A stretch of DNA of 64,000 nt, from the NCBI GenBank assembly GCA_965237525.1, contig CBDEFO010000008.1, positions 1,248,001 through 1,312,000 of the forward strand. Reading direction: 5' to 3'. The position numbers were made by a program, and so were the translations under genes. The stretch is from Candidatus Latescibacterota bacterium (GTDB lineage Bacteria; Latescibacterota; CBDEFO01). This document shows, in pieces, positions 40,255-51,037 of the stretch. The notes under the pieces are model-generated. The model made no database searches and was not told the origin of the DNA. It saw only the letters and a list, made by a program, of their open reading frames with translations. Position 1 is the first letter of the stretch, and the number at the start of each line of letters is the position of its first letter.

Positions 40255-41595
40255 TCAACCGCTACTGGCTACTGCCTTTCTAAGGCTCTCCCACCATTTC
40301 ATCATTTCCGTTATCTTCTTTTCGTATCCGTGTTCTGTGGGGCAGTAGTACTTGGCACCTGCAAGATTGTCGGGCATATATTCCTGAGCTATGTAGCTGT
40401 CCTCAGAATCGTGGGCGTATTTGTAGCCCTTTCCGTATCCGAGTTCTTTCATAAGTTGCGTAGGGGCGTTACGAATGTGCAGAGGGACGGGCAAAGAGGG
40501 ACTTTTTTGGACATCTTCCTGGGCCATCTGATATGCGGAGTATACAGAATTGCTCTTAGGGGCTGTGGCAAGGTAGACTGCCGCTTGAGCGAGCGCAAGT
40601 TCACCCTCGGGGGAGCCCAGGAAGTCAAAGGCATCCTTGGCAGCTATCGCTATGGTCAAAGAGCGCGGGTCGGCGTTTCCCACGTCCTCTGATGCGAATC
40701 GGACCATGCGCCTTGCAATATATAAAGGGTCTTCCCCGGCAGAGAGCATGCGGACAAGCCAGTATAAGGCCGCGTCTGGATCGCTGCCTCTCAGGCTCTT
40801 GTGAAAGGCGGAGATTACGTTGTAGTGCTCCTCCCCACCTTTGTCGTAGATCGGAATCCTCCTCTGCTCCACCTCCTCGACCACTTCCAAAGTGACTCGC
40901 CGCACTCCGTCTCCGCCAGGTTCAACCGATGAAGTGGAGATCTCAAGGGTATTGAGGGCTTTCCTTGCGTCTCCGTTTGCCATACTTATCATACAATCGA
41001 GGGCTTTCGGACTTATTTGGACGTTCATCGTCCCGAGCCCCCTTTCCCCGTCTCCAAGGGCGTTTCGTACTACAGTTTTGAGTTCCTCCTCAGAGAGGAG
41101 GTTCAGCACGAAGACCCTCGTTCTGGATAGAAGCGCCGAGATGATCTCGAAGGAAGGATTTTCAGTGGTGGCTCCGATGAGAATTATCGTGCCGTCTTCG
41201 ACGTGAGGCAGAAATGCGTCCTGCTGTGCCTTGTTTAGACGATGAATCTCGTCCACAAAGAGAATGGTCCTCCTGTCACCGTAAGCCTCCCTCTCCTGAC
41301 GCGCTTGGGCTATGACTTTTTTGGCCACCTGTATGCCTGAGACTACCGCGCTGAAACCCACAAACTTGGCGCCCGTAGTGGATGCAATTGTTCTTGCAAG
41401 CGTGGTCTTCCCCGTGCCGGGAGGTCCCCAGAAGATTATGGAATAGGGCTGGTCCTTCTCTATTATTGTTCTTAGAGGCTTGCCGGGTCCCAGAATATGC
41501 TCCTGACCCACAAACTCATCCAGATTTCTGGGGCGCATCCTGTCGGCAAGTGGAACCGATCTGCTTTCTAGCTCTACTTGATGAAAGAGATCCAT
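40255..41595 (-). CDS. rarA: replication-associated recombination protein A (RarA/MgsA)
   Basis: PLADRMRP, WGPPGTGKTT, FVDEIHR, GATTENPSF, SAFHKSLRGSDPD. Confidence 0.96.
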   Translation of the reverse strand: MDLFHQVELESRSVPLADRMRPRNLDEFVGQEHILGPGKPLRTIIEKDQPYSIIFWGPPGTGKTTLARTIASTTGAKFVGFSAVVSGIQVAKKVIAQARQEREAYGDRRTILFVDEIHRLNKAQQDAFLPHVEDGTIILIGATTENPSFEIISALLSRTRVFVLNLLSEEELKTVVRNALGDGERGLGTMNVQISPKALDCMISMANGDARKALNTLEISTSSVEPGGDGVRRVTLEVVEEVEQRRIPIYDKGGEEHYNVISAFHKSLRGSDPDAALYWLVRMLSAGEDPLYIARRMVRFASEDVGNADPRSLTIAIAAKDAFDFLGSPEGELALAQAAVYLATAPKSNSVYSAYQMAQEDVQKSPSLPVPLHIRNAPTQLMKELGYGKGYKYAHDSEDSYIAQEYMPDNLAGAKYYCPTEHGYEKKITEMMKWWESLRKAVASSG

Positions 41596-41611
41596 CTCCG
41601 TTGACCTTATC

Positions 41612-42322
41612 TTAATCTCCGGCCGGTATAAGTCCCTTGTCGACAAAGCTCACCGCTTTTCCATCCCCGATTACGATATGATCCAGCACTCTGATGCCCA
41701 TTATGTCTCCAGTCTTGACCAGACGTTCCGTCACTTCGATGTCCTGCGGTGAGGGAGTCGGGTCACCGGAGGGGTGATTGTGGACAAATATGACGGACGC
41801 AGCCGACTCCTTCAGAACAGGTCCAAAGATCTCACGGGGATCGGCTGCAGTGCCCGTCAATCCCCCTTCGGATATCGTGATATCTCTCAAAAACTTGTTC
41901 TTAGCGTCCAAAAGCACGCATTTGAAGACCTCTTTCTTGAGGTTCCTGAGCACAGGAAGATATATTCGCATCACGTCTGCGCTCGACATTAAGGCGATCT
42001 GCGACTCTTCGGGCAGGCTGAACAGGCGCTTCGCCAGTTCTATAGCCGCTTTTATCTGGGAGGCCTTGGCTGTTCCGATGCCCTTGATTTGACACAGCTC
42101 AGATACGGTCGCCGTGTCCATGGCTTTGAAGCTCCCGAGCGTGTTGAGTATGAATCTTGCAAGGTCGACCGCGCTCAAGTTGGATGCTGAATCCCCGCTC
42201 CCGAGTATAATAGCTAATAGCTGGGCATCAGAAAGAGAAGATGCTCCGTATTTGATGAGCCTCTCCCGAGGGCGCTCATCCTCGGGCCAGTCCTTGATGG
42301 ATTGTCTGTAGGGAGTTTCCAT
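41612..42322 (-). CDS. radC: RadC family JAB-domain protein
   Basis: ERPRERL, HNHPSGDPTPS..D, LDHIVIG. Confidence 0.95.
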   Translation of the reverse strand: METPYRQSIKDWPEDERPRERLIKYGASSLSDAQLLAIILGSGDSASNLSAVDLARFILNTLGSFKAMDTATVSELCQIKGIGTAKASQIKAAIELAKRLFSLPEESQIALMSSADVMRIYLPVLRNLKKEVFKCVLLDAKNKFLRDITISEGGLTGTAADPREIFGPVLKESAASVIFVHNHPSGDPTPSPQDIEVTERLVKTGDIMGIRVLDHIVIGDGKAVSFVDKGLIPAGD

Positions 42323-42576
42323 AAATAGAAATCTTTTTAGCAATCTAAGGTAAATTCCTCTCTCTTATGTAATATAGCCCAGATTGCAGTCATAGTCAAT
42401 AGAAAACAAAAGTCCCCGATACTAGATAGCATACAGAGGGGTAAGTCCACTGGCTACTGGCTTAATTCCGTTGTAAGTCTATCCACTCTACTCACTTTAC
42501 TCAAGATGTACACCAAGGGGAAGAACGGCAAAAATGGGTGTCCATAAGACCTTTCTAAACTTGAACTCATAAACCC

Positions 42577-42605
42577 TTGATTTTACAAGACAATTTTTTT
42601 ATAAT
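42577..42605 (+). promoter_or_regulatory. putative sigma70 promoter
   Basis: TTGATT-17 nt-TATAAT upstream of the gene at 42701. Confidence 0.6.
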
Positions 42606-42700
42606 TAAGCGCAGGTAGCGCGGATGGGGCGGAGGAATACAGCGGACACTGCAGAGTGCGGAGAGGGGCCGACACATGAACAGCAGGTGTTGAACAGAGA

Positions 42701-44002
42701 ATGAGTCCAGAGCATCACCAGGTAATCATCGTTGGCGGGGGGCCTGGCGGGCTGCCGTTAGCTGTCGTCTTGGGTGGTTTGCACCCCTACTATCGTAGTA
42801 GCCGCATCTTCGTCGAGCGCTACAGACCACTGGCGGACTATCTGAGCCAGGTCCAGGGCACACTGCTGGGACTGGATTTCAAGGAGCTGGCACGAGCCAA
42901 TTTAGCCCCCGTAGATCTGTTTCACCTCCTGCATCACTCGCAGCAGCTCTTCGAGGAGCTGGGACAGATCGCTATGGAGTTTCGGCAACAGGAACCACTG
43001 GACTACCTGTTGATCACCCAGGAAGAGGTCGGCGGGCTCTGGAACAACGCACCCCAAAACCTGCTGACACTGTCACCGGGGCAGTGGATGGAATTCGCAT
43101 TCTATCCTCTGGCCCAGCACGTCCAGGAGGAAGGTATCTGCCTGGATGTGAACGAACTGATCGTCAAGCACCGTCTGATCGATTATTATCACAGGGTTCC
43201 CACACGCTTTCATCAGGAACAACACATCCACACCTACGAGAAGGTCACGTGCATCCAGCCGCACGAAAAAGGGTTCATGGTGACGAGCCGCGACGTGGGT
43301 ACCGAGACCACACACCGCTACACATGTAAGTACCTGGTCTATGCTGTGGGCCAGCGATGCATTTTGCGCAATCTCGACGTGCCGGGAGAGGACCTGGACT
43401 TTGTGACCTCATACTACGACAAGCCAGAGGATTTCCCGGGCGAGCGCGTCTTGGTGGTGGGCGGTGGGCGCTCGGCCGACTGGGCGGCGACCGAGCTGCA
43501 TGATGCCGACAAGCACGTCTACTATGTGATGCGGCAATCCCCGGAGCATCACTGGACCCTGATAAACCAAAGCCGCCACGGCCTGCCCTACTACGCCCGG
43601 ATCGCTGAGATTCTGGAGAGCCGGTCATCCAGGATAGACGCGCTCTACCGGACCCAAATTCGGAGGATCGAACGAGGCAACGCAGGCGGCCTGGTGACCG
43701 TGGCAACAAACGGGTCTAAGAGCACGCTGGAGGTGAACCACGTAATCAAGGAGATTGGCGGCATTGCCGACTATTCCGTCTTCCAGGGATTCCCGCCGCT
43801 GCAGCTCTACGAGAAGTACGATAACTACCGCTTCCAGGTGCACCAGGTACACACCCATCAACATAACTACGAGTCGGTGGACACCCCCAATCTTTATATG
43901 GGCGGCTACCTTGCGGCTGGGCTTGGCCTGCTGGTAATAGCAATGCACGGCACCACCTACGCCATTGCCGGGGATATCCTGAAGAAGGAAGGTCGGCTGT
44001 AA
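42701..44002 (+). CDS. FAD/NAD(P)-binding oxidoreductase, OSGIN-like
   Basis: VIIVGGGPGG, GGLW, TLSPGQWME, LDVPGE, VLVVGGGRSA. Confidence 0.75.
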   Translation: MSPEHHQVIIVGGGPGGLPLAVVLGGLHPYYRSSRIFVERYRPLADYLSQVQGTLLGLDFKELARANLAPVDLFHLLHHSQQLFEELGQIAMEFRQQEPLDYLLITQEEVGGLWNNAPQNLLTLSPGQWMEFAFYPLAQHVQEEGICLDVNELIVKHRLIDYYHRVPTRFHQEQHIHTYEKVTCIQPHEKGFMVTSRDVGTETTHRYTCKYLVYAVGQRCILRNLDVPGEDLDFVTSYYDKPEDFPGERVLVVGGGRSADWAATELHDADKHVYYVMRQSPEHHWTLINQSRHGLPYYARIAEILESRSSRIDALYRTQIRRIERGNAGGLVTVATNGSKSTLEVNHVIKEIGGIADYSVFQGFPPLQLYEKYDNYRFQVHQVHTHQHNYESVDTPNLYMGGYLAAGLGLLVIAMHGTTYAIAGDILKKEGRL

Positions 44003-44288
44003 TAAGAATAAACAACAGTAACTTGAAGTAATATTTAGCGCTCCGATTCGCACACCTGTTTCGGATGGTACAACCCTCGGGTCTCCATAAAGTCTCCATA
44101 GATTTGAAGAGGTTTCTGTCCTGTTAATATGTGAGGAACGCGCTGCATGTGAGTCAATGGCCTGAAGAGGCGGCTCTTCGAAACCGATGCCGTTCCCGCC
44201 GGCTTCAAGCTCGTCCGGATAATCTGGAATCCTGAACGATCAGTCGCGAACCTTCCGAGAGCAGTGGGCTGAGGCAAGCGCTTCTTAG

Positions 44289-44536
44289 CCCGAATAATTC
44301 ACAAAAAAAGGCCGTGTATTAATTAAGGGATTGTATTATATTATAGTTATGACGTTTAACCACCTCGGTGTCATTGCGAGCCGGAGGCGAAGCAATCCCC
44401 CCGATAGATTTAATCGGGGGTTACTGTGGTAGATCTAATACTCTCCGGCTCTCATAGGAAACCACTATAAAACCTTGAGATTGCTTCGTCGCTTTGCTCC
44501 TCGCAATGACTCCACCAAGTTTATGAATTAATCGGG
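44289..44536 (+). mobile_element. MITE copy 1 (248 bp)
   Basis: TIRs CCCGAATAATTCACAAA and TTTATGAATTAATCGGG (15/17 match), TTAG duplicated on both flanks; inverted homologue at 63251. Confidence 0.88.
44399..44419 (+). repeat. 21-bp palindromic element inside the MITE
   Basis: C-CCCCGATAGATTTAATCGGGG-G. Confidence 0.9.
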
Positions 44537-44777
44537 TTAGATAAATACCTTTACACCTGTTGTCTTTCAGAAGAACTCATCGAAGCCAGACCGGTAGAGT
44601 GGAGTGCGGGGAGTTATCTCAGGCTAAGTGGCAAACGACTCAACGATATGTTGAAAGGCCTCCAAAGCCAATTGTCTTGCTGGTACAGATGTGAGAGGGA
44701 CGGCTGCAGTTTTGGCAAGGGTCTATACGTGGGAGCATGCTGTACAACCTGTGCATTTAAACGATGGATAGAGAAAC

Positions 44778-45878
44778 ATGAATAGAGCTACACCAGGACT
44801 CGGCCGAGGTGAGAGAGCTTCGGATTTCGTTCTCCTCTATCAGGATGGCACGCCTACGCGTTTCTACGCCAGGGCAGGAGGAAGCCCCTCCGTACTCCTC
44901 TTCTATGATGACGATGAACTGGACCAGTTGCTGCGCTTTTGTGATGCTCTCAACGACTCTGCCTCCGGCGCAGTCTCTATCTTCACGGTTCGGGGGGGAC
45001 AATTGGGGGAAGAGGAGCGTGACAATCCACAGGTCAGCCGGCAGGTCTCCGGCGAGGGAGAGATGCCCTGTCCAGTTTTCTGGGACACAGAGGGAATCGT
45101 GAGGAGAGCGTATCGTCTGGCCCCTGAAGAAACAGCAACCGTCTTTGTGCTGGATCCCAACCTGCGGGTGTTGGCGTCGCTCTGCCTGCAGGAGCCCGGC
45201 TCCACAGCGCAAAAGGTCATCTCTATCCTCGACGACTCGCTGCCCCAGGTCGTAGCCATGGAGATCAAGACCCAGGCTCCTGTTCTCCTAGTACCCAATG
45301 TGCTCGACCAGGAGATCTGCCAGTACCTGATCGACGTCTGGGAGACTCAGGGCAACATCGAGACAGGCGTCGAGCAGTCATACGAGGACCGGCGTCAGGA
45401 AACTATCAGCCCTGACAGCAAGCGCAGGCGTGATCACATCGTAAACGATAAGAAACTCTTGAGACTCCTTTCATCTACGGTCGGGAGCCGGTTGATGCCT
45501 GAGGTGCAAAGGGCCTTTGCGTTCAAGGCCACACGCTTTGAAGGCTTCAAGATCGCCTGCTATGACGCCGCAGCGGGCGGCTTTTTCCACGCCCACCGCG
45601 ACAATCTGAGCCCTTCCACCGCTCACCGCCGCTTCGCCCTGACCTTGAACCTGAACGAGGGCTACGAGGGCGGGCACCTGCGGTTTCCGGAGTACGGGCC
45701 TCACCTCTACCGCCCGGAGGCCGGCGGAGCACTCGTGTTCTCCTGCTCGCTCCTCCACGAAGTGACAGAGGTGGAGGTGGGACGGCGCTTCGCGCTCCTC
45801 TCGTTTCTCTTTGGCCAGGAGGATGTCGCCACCTCCCGAGCAGAGTCTAAGGGCAAATCTTCCACGCAGCAGCAGTAA
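44778..45878 (+). CDS. 2OG-Fe(II) oxygenase with N-terminal redoxin-like domain
   Basis: HRD..LNLN..GGHL.F..LLHEV..GRRF; N-terminal GERASDF and VFVLDPNLRV. Confidence 0.85.
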   Translation: MNRATPGLGRGERASDFVLLYQDGTPTRFYARAGGSPSVLLFYDDDELDQLLRFCDALNDSASGAVSIFTVRGGQLGEEERDNPQVSRQVSGEGEMPCPVFWDTEGIVRRAYRLAPEETATVFVLDPNLRVLASLCLQEPGSTAQKVISILDDSLPQVVAMEIKTQAPVLLVPNVLDQEICQYLIDVWETQGNIETGVEQSYEDRRQETISPDSKRRRDHIVNDKKLLRLLSSTVGSRLMPEVQRAFAFKATRFEGFKIACYDAAAGGFFHAHRDNLSPSTAHRRFALTLNLNEGYEGGHLRFPEYGPHLYRPEAGGALVFSCSLLHEVTEVEVGRRFALLSFLFGQEDVATSRAESKGKSSTQQQ

Positions 45879-46033
45879 TTACTGTCTGGACGACCTCTCA
45901 GTGTCAGTCCTTTTGCTCAATAGCAACCAGTAACCTTCTGAATCTGTCAGTCCAGCCAACGAGGCGCTTGCGTCCAGGTGTTGTGCATTTACAAGTGCGT
46001 ATGTGCCCAGCATCAAATCAGATATATCTCTTA

Positions 46034-47140
46034 TCAATCTCTGGAAAGGCGAAACGGATCCAGCAACATCGATGAATTTCCGGTCGTAATCAGTTCGCCG
46101 ATCAGCTTGCCCGTAATCGGAGCGAGGAGTATGCCATTTTTGAAATGCCCTGATGCAACAATAACGTTGTCGAAGCCTGGAACTTTTCCCAGATAAGGCT
46201 TATCCTTTGCGTAGGGGCGCAATCCCGCCCATGTCTGAACGAATGTTTTCTTCCCAAGCTCCGGGACCAGTGCAATTCCGGCCTCTACCATCTGCTGCAC
46301 ACCTTCCAGAGTTGTGCGCTTGTCGAATCCCACAAATTCGAGTGTCGCGCCAATCAGAATCTTTCCATCGGATCGAGAAACGATGGAAACGGCAGGCCCC
46401 TCAATCGTATGGCCCAGGATGGGAGGCATCGCTTCGGCCAGCACAATCTGTCCGCGAGCAGGTTTGATCGGCAACTGATAGCCGAATAGCTCCGCAACCT
46501 TGCCCGACCAACAACCAGCAGCAATTACGATCGTATCTGCCCGGATGGTTTCGCCATTAACCTCAACGCTGACGATACGATCGTTTTCTTTCAGGAACCC
46601 GGTGACAGGATTCGCAAGTAGAAACTGCGCTCCCAAGAGTGAGGCTCCTGTGGCAAGCGCCTTGACCAGTTTCGGATTGCGGACGTGAGCATCACCAGGA
46701 AAACGAACGCCGCCAATAACCGCTGCCGAGATAGCAGGCTCCAATTCCTGTACTTGTTCTGTTGTCAACATCTCCGCTTCAAATCCACGAGCAATACGCC
46801 GCTCCGCCAACCCAATCAATTCGCGCCGATGCTCTTCGTCAAAAAATACGGCGATCGACCCCGATTGGATGAACTCAATATCAATTCGCGTTTGTTCCCT
46901 TAATTCTTCTGCCAATGACGGAAAAATCGCGAGGCTCTCCCGACAAAGCTCAGCGTACGGTTCTCGGGTGCAGGCGCGAGACGCCAGGATCCCAGCTCCT
47001 GCCCACGACGCCTCCCGACCAACGCCCTCCGCTCTGTCGATAACCAGCGTCTTTACCTGCGCCCTGGACAGATTGTAGGCGATAGCACATCCGATCACAC
47101 CGCCACCAACGATAATAACATCCGCTTTGTTTGCGCTCAA
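46034..47140 (-). CDS. thiO: glycine oxidase ThiO-like FAD-dependent oxidase
   Basis: GGGVIG, ASWAGAG, AAGCWS, RGQ, WAGLRP, GHFKNGILLAP; start uncertain. Confidence 0.85.
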   Translation of the reverse strand: MSANKADVIIVGGGVIGCAIAYNLSRAQVKTLVIDRAEGVGREASWAGAGILASRACTREPYAELCRESLAIFPSLAEELREQTRIDIEFIQSGSIAVFFDEEHRRELIGLAERRIARGFEAEMLTTEQVQELEPAISAAVIGGVRFPGDAHVRNPKLVKALATGASLLGAQFLLANPVTGFLKENDRIVSVEVNGETIRADTIVIAAGCWSGKVAELFGYQLPIKPARGQIVLAEAMPPILGHTIEGPAVSIVSRSDGKILIGATLEFVGFDKRTTLEGVQQMVEAGIALVPELGKKTFVQTWAGLRPYAKDKPYLGKVPGFDNVIVASGHFKNGILLAPITGKLIGELITTGNSSMLLDPFRLSRD

Positions 47141-48277
47141 AACTTGCTTCCCAAAATCGTAGCCACCGTAGAAAAAGTGCTTTCCAAAACCAAGTGCAGT
47201 ACCCGATTGATTTCCATATCTCATTGATATGACAAAATGTCAGCCCCTGCGCGATGCGTTGCGACCTGCAAGTTATCATTTTTCTGCCAGTGAACCATTA
47301 CTTATTGCGCGGCGCAGCGACGGGACTCCAGCGGTACATACTGCGACCTGGTGAGTCCGCCGTACCAGTGCGCGCCACTCCTGTCTTGGCGTCATCAGCG
47401 CTCAACGGCAAAGCTATGGCTTGTCTAGGGGCTGCAGGTGGTACAGACGCGCCCTGAAGGTCCGCTTCAGGTTTACCGCCGAACGATCGTCTTCTTAAGT
47501 CCAGATGGACGACGACTTGTTCAGTGAACAGGTCGGTGACTTGTAACTGCTTCTGGCCGCCACGGATACAGTTACCTGTCCTGGATTCGGTGAGTAGTCC
47601 GACACCAGGAGCACGCTTTCTTCACCTACTTTACTTGCAAGCAGATTGACCGAGGCACTATCGCATGCGTAGCCGTCCTGGACGGGGCCGTCCAAGATTA
47701 TGTCTTCCACTGGGGCGAACATCTTGACGACTGCGGAATAAGTACTGACGGTCTTGAAATCCATCCTAACCTTTAAGGAGAGTGAAACCACGTCGGCGCC
47801 CGCGGGCGGGGCTTCAAACTCCGCCATTGGGAGATGCCCCCTTCCTCCCCCGATGGCATTCATCCGCCACTCACAAGTGGCGGTATTCTGCCAAATTTTT
47901 ATAAATGAGGCCATGTTTTGCCAAGCCAATCTTTTTCAAGCCGTTGCAGATCTTCAAGCATCATTCTTGAGATGCTCGGATCAAAAAAATCCGGATATGA
48001 CATATTCTTGAACGTCTCACTCGGCATAGTATCGATCCCCAAGGTATTTCCGTTTTAGCTGAGGAGTGTCCGAAAATAACAATCTCGAAGAATTCTGACT
48101 CGATTTTGGCCTTTCTTTTAGGAAGGCCTGAGACACCGTCAAAACTGCCTGACACGACCGACTGTTGTTATTTTCATAGATAACACGTCCTTCTCAAAGA
48201 ACCCGAGTCACGAGCATCTTCACACAGCACATTCTGTGCTTCAGACAGGCGACGAAATGTCACGCATTGTACTGCTG

Positions 48278-49192
48278 CTATTCCTTCGGCGCATCCTCCA
48301 GAATAGTATCGATCCGAGCTAACTCATCATCGCTGAACGTCACGCCGACTGCCCCGACGTGTTCTTCGATCTGATCTGGGTTCCTCGCTCCTACAAGAGC
48401 ACAGGTGACGGGGGGCAGACGCAGAAGCCAACTGATGCCAAGCTGGACGAGGCTCAAGCCCTTATCGTAAGCGACCTCTTGGAGCCGTTCGGCAACCGCA
48501 AGGTACTGCGCGAAAGTTTCGCCCTGGAAGTTGCGTCTGCTCGGATCGGAGCGTTCGTCGTCCTTGGGGAATTTATGATCAGGCTTGTAGCGACCTGTGA
48601 GCAAGCCTTTCGCCAGCGAGCTGTGCGCGAGGATACCTATGCCCGTGCGCTGGCAATAGGAGATGTCCTCAGCTTCAATCTGGCGGTTGAACATGTTGTA
48701 GCCCGGTTGGTTTGAGTGAAACGGCGCAATCTTGAGCGCCTGCTGCATCTGCTCGGCGTTGAAGTTGGAGACGCCGATGTAGCGCGTCTTGCCCTGTTCC
48801 ACAAGCTTGGCCATAGTCTCCATGCTTTCGGCGATAGGATAGGTCGGATTCCAGCCGTGGATCTGATACAGGTCAACGTAGTCCACGTCCAACTTGCGCA
48901 AGCTGTTCTCCATCGCTGATAAAATATCCTCTCGAGAGTAGTTGGTGCTGACTTTTGTGGCCAGAAAGCAGCGCTCGCGGTAGCCGCCCTTCAAGGCCTT
49001 GCCGATGATTTCTTCGCTGTTGTAATACGCCTGCGCGGTATCTATCAGCGTGACGCCGTTGTCAATAGCAGCGCGCACAGTGGCGATTGCCGTTTCCCCG
49101 TCCACGTGTCCCATTCCACCGGCGACCGCCCAGGCGCCGAAGCCGATAACCGGTACTTCAGGACCATCTTTGCCAAGTTCACGATATTGCAT
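48278..49192 (-). CDS. aldo/keto reductase
   Basis: IDTAQAY, LATK, DLYQIH, IGVSNF, LAKGLLTG. Confidence 0.93.
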   Translation of the reverse strand: MQYRELGKDGPEVPVIGFGAWAVAGGMGHVDGETAIATVRAAIDNGVTLIDTAQAYYNSEEIIGKALKGGYRERCFLATKVSTNYSREDILSAMENSLRKLDVDYVDLYQIHGWNPTYPIAESMETMAKLVEQGKTRYIGVSNFNAEQMQQALKIAPFHSNQPGYNMFNRQIEAEDISYCQRTGIGILAHSSLAKGLLTGRYKPDHKFPKDDERSDPSRRNFQGETFAQYLAVAERLQEVAYDKGLSLVQLGISWLLRLPPVTCALVGARNPDQIEEHVGAVGVTFSDDELARIDTILEDAPKE

Positions 49193-49220
49193 TATTCATA
49201 CCCTTTCCAACTCTCAGCCC

Positions 49221-50846
49221 CTATTTGGAGAGAGAAAGTATCAACTCTATGAGTTTTGCCCGTATCTGACTGAATTCGGCTGCGGCGATTTCCGGACATT
49301 GGCTGTAGAGGTCGCGCTCGTCCCAGCGCTCCGAAGGCTCCGGTCGGTCGGCGTCCGTGTTCCACCTGACCCGACTCGCCAGTTTTTCCAGCCAGACCCG
49401 GGCCTCTTCGGCTGCCCGAGATCCTGATTGCTCGGAGAGGAGCTTTTCCAGTGCGCACAGATAGCGATAGTCTTTGATGCCTTCGCGGCGGGTTTCCCAA
49501 CCGACCGATGACACCGGACCGGTGTCACTGGGGAGGACGTAGTTGAAGGGCGTGCATCGCTCTTTTTCCCAGCCGATCGGCTCATAGTCAGTGTAGCACC
49601 ATAGGAAGTTTCCTTTCAGACCCAGCGCCCAGGTGTAGAGCCCCGGGTAGAAGCGGTTGAAAGTCGGATTCGTGCCGCGGTGACAGCAGTCGTATGTCCA
49701 CATCTCCGCTCCAACCTCCCCCACCAGCGCTTTGAGTTCCTGGTCGATCCCCCCGTTGTGGACGACCCAGACGTCCAGTTGTTTGGAGAAATACCTTGCA
49801 GATTCGAAGCTAATAGCCGTTACCAGGCGGCAGCCGGGCCGAAATCGCTGAAGCCGATTGAACTCGTCTATGCAATCTGGACCGCGCTCGCCAGTATAGG
49901 CCGGCTCGTCTGGGGCATATATTAGGAGCTCTGGCCAGCCTCGCCTTCGGCACTCTGTCTGCAACAAAGCTGTGAACTTTTTGGCAGCCGGTTCGTCAAG
50001 CCTTCCTATGCCCCCTAACAACATCACCGGAATCTCGGGATGAATGAGTCCATCTGCGAGCATCTCTTCGATAATTTCTGTCGTCCGTTTCCCCTCCAGC
50101 CGCAATTCTCCGGAATCATCGCAGATTGAGTCGGGCGCATATACCGTCGCACTGGTGTGGTCGTGAGCAGCCATGTCCCGATAGTACTGTCGCATGAGGG
50201 CTTTCTCTTGGTATCTTTCGTCCAATGTACGCGGACGAAAATACATACCGTACGCAATCTGTGCAGGCGGCAGTGAAATGGGCAACACTGTGATGGAAAA
50301 GGGAAGCAGGACGCGCGGCAGCTCATGCCGTTCATAATGAGAATCCACTCTGCCGCGCTCGTGCAGCAGCAGCGACAGCTTTCCCTCGTAGACGCCCGCC
50401 GGCGTTCCTTGGGGCACACGGACGGTCAACCAATAAACCGTGTTCTTTCCGGCCTCGATGCGGGTGGTAGCTTGACGCGGCAGCCAATACGGAATGCCCA
50501 TTCGTCTCCTCCCCTGGGTGGGAGCCTTCGGCACTACTCTCTCCTGAAATTCGGATGCCATTATGTCAATCGGAAATTCGCACTCCTCAACCTCCAGAGT
50601 AACCATACCAGCATCCCGCAAGCCCCAGATTCCCAGTACGAGCGGCTCAGATTCACCTGCTGCCGTCTGGCAGACTGACGCTCTTCTTAGGTCTGATGAT
50701 GACGGAGGTTGCTTTTCAAAGAACGGCGTTGTATAGTCCCCCCACCAGATAGCGTGCCCCTCCTTCCACTGGCGCTGACTGAATTCGGGCGCCTGCCCGA
50801 ATGGTGGCAACACTCTTACGTTATCTGAGCCCTTTCGCTTCGCCAT
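49221..50846 (-). CDS. hypothetical protein, glycoside hydrolase-like (DUF4091/GH123-like C-terminus)
   Basis: WLTVRVP..TPAGVYEG, DEP, SVGWETRREGIKDYRYL. Confidence 0.6.
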   Translation of the reverse strand: MAKRKGSDNVRVLPPFGQAPEFSQRQWKEGHAIWWGDYTTPFFEKQPPSSSDLRRASVCQTAAGESEPLVLGIWGLRDAGMVTLEVEECEFPIDIMASEFQERVVPKAPTQGRRRMGIPYWLPRQATTRIEAGKNTVYWLTVRVPQGTPAGVYEGKLSLLLHERGRVDSHYERHELPRVLLPFSITVLPISLPPAQIAYGMYFRPRTLDERYQEKALMRQYYRDMAAHDHTSATVYAPDSICDDSGELRLEGKRTTEIIEEMLADGLIHPEIPVMLLGGIGRLDEPAAKKFTALLQTECRRRGWPELLIYAPDEPAYTGERGPDCIDEFNRLQRFRPGCRLVTAISFESARYFSKQLDVWVVHNGGIDQELKALVGEVGAEMWTYDCCHRGTNPTFNRFYPGLYTWALGLKGNFLWCYTDYEPIGWEKERCTPFNYVLPSDTGPVSSVGWETRREGIKDYRYLCALEKLLSEQSGSRAAEEARVWLEKLASRVRWNTDADRPEPSERWDERDLYSQCPEIAAAEFSQIRAKLIELILSLSK

Positions 50847-51037
50847 GATTCCTCCTTTAGGTAATATTAACCTGACAATCTTCAACTACAGAGCTACTGT
50901 ATTCGGTCTGTCATTGCTTTGGCGGTCAAAAGTATCGGCGCAGAAGAGATTTCTGACGCATGCAATCTCTCCTGGCCAGGTATAAGGTACTTTTTCTGTG
51001 TGGGGTATGTCAACAAGAAAATACCCACCTTGCTTAA

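Noticed and set aside
44144..44190. Hammerhead ribozyme-like core CTGAAGAG..CGAAAC with upstream GTC
   Set aside because: Only 6 nt are available for stem I and stems II and III pair poorly; a simple GAAGAG/CTCTTC hairpin explains it.
47140..47480. TPP riboswitch upstream of thiO
   Set aside because: No recognisable CTGAGA or related conserved core, and no other thi genes nearby.
47254..48200. Short ORFs and possible gene remnants (also 59500-59800)
   Set aside because: They look like decayed coding DNA, but I cannot assign a family or boundaries.
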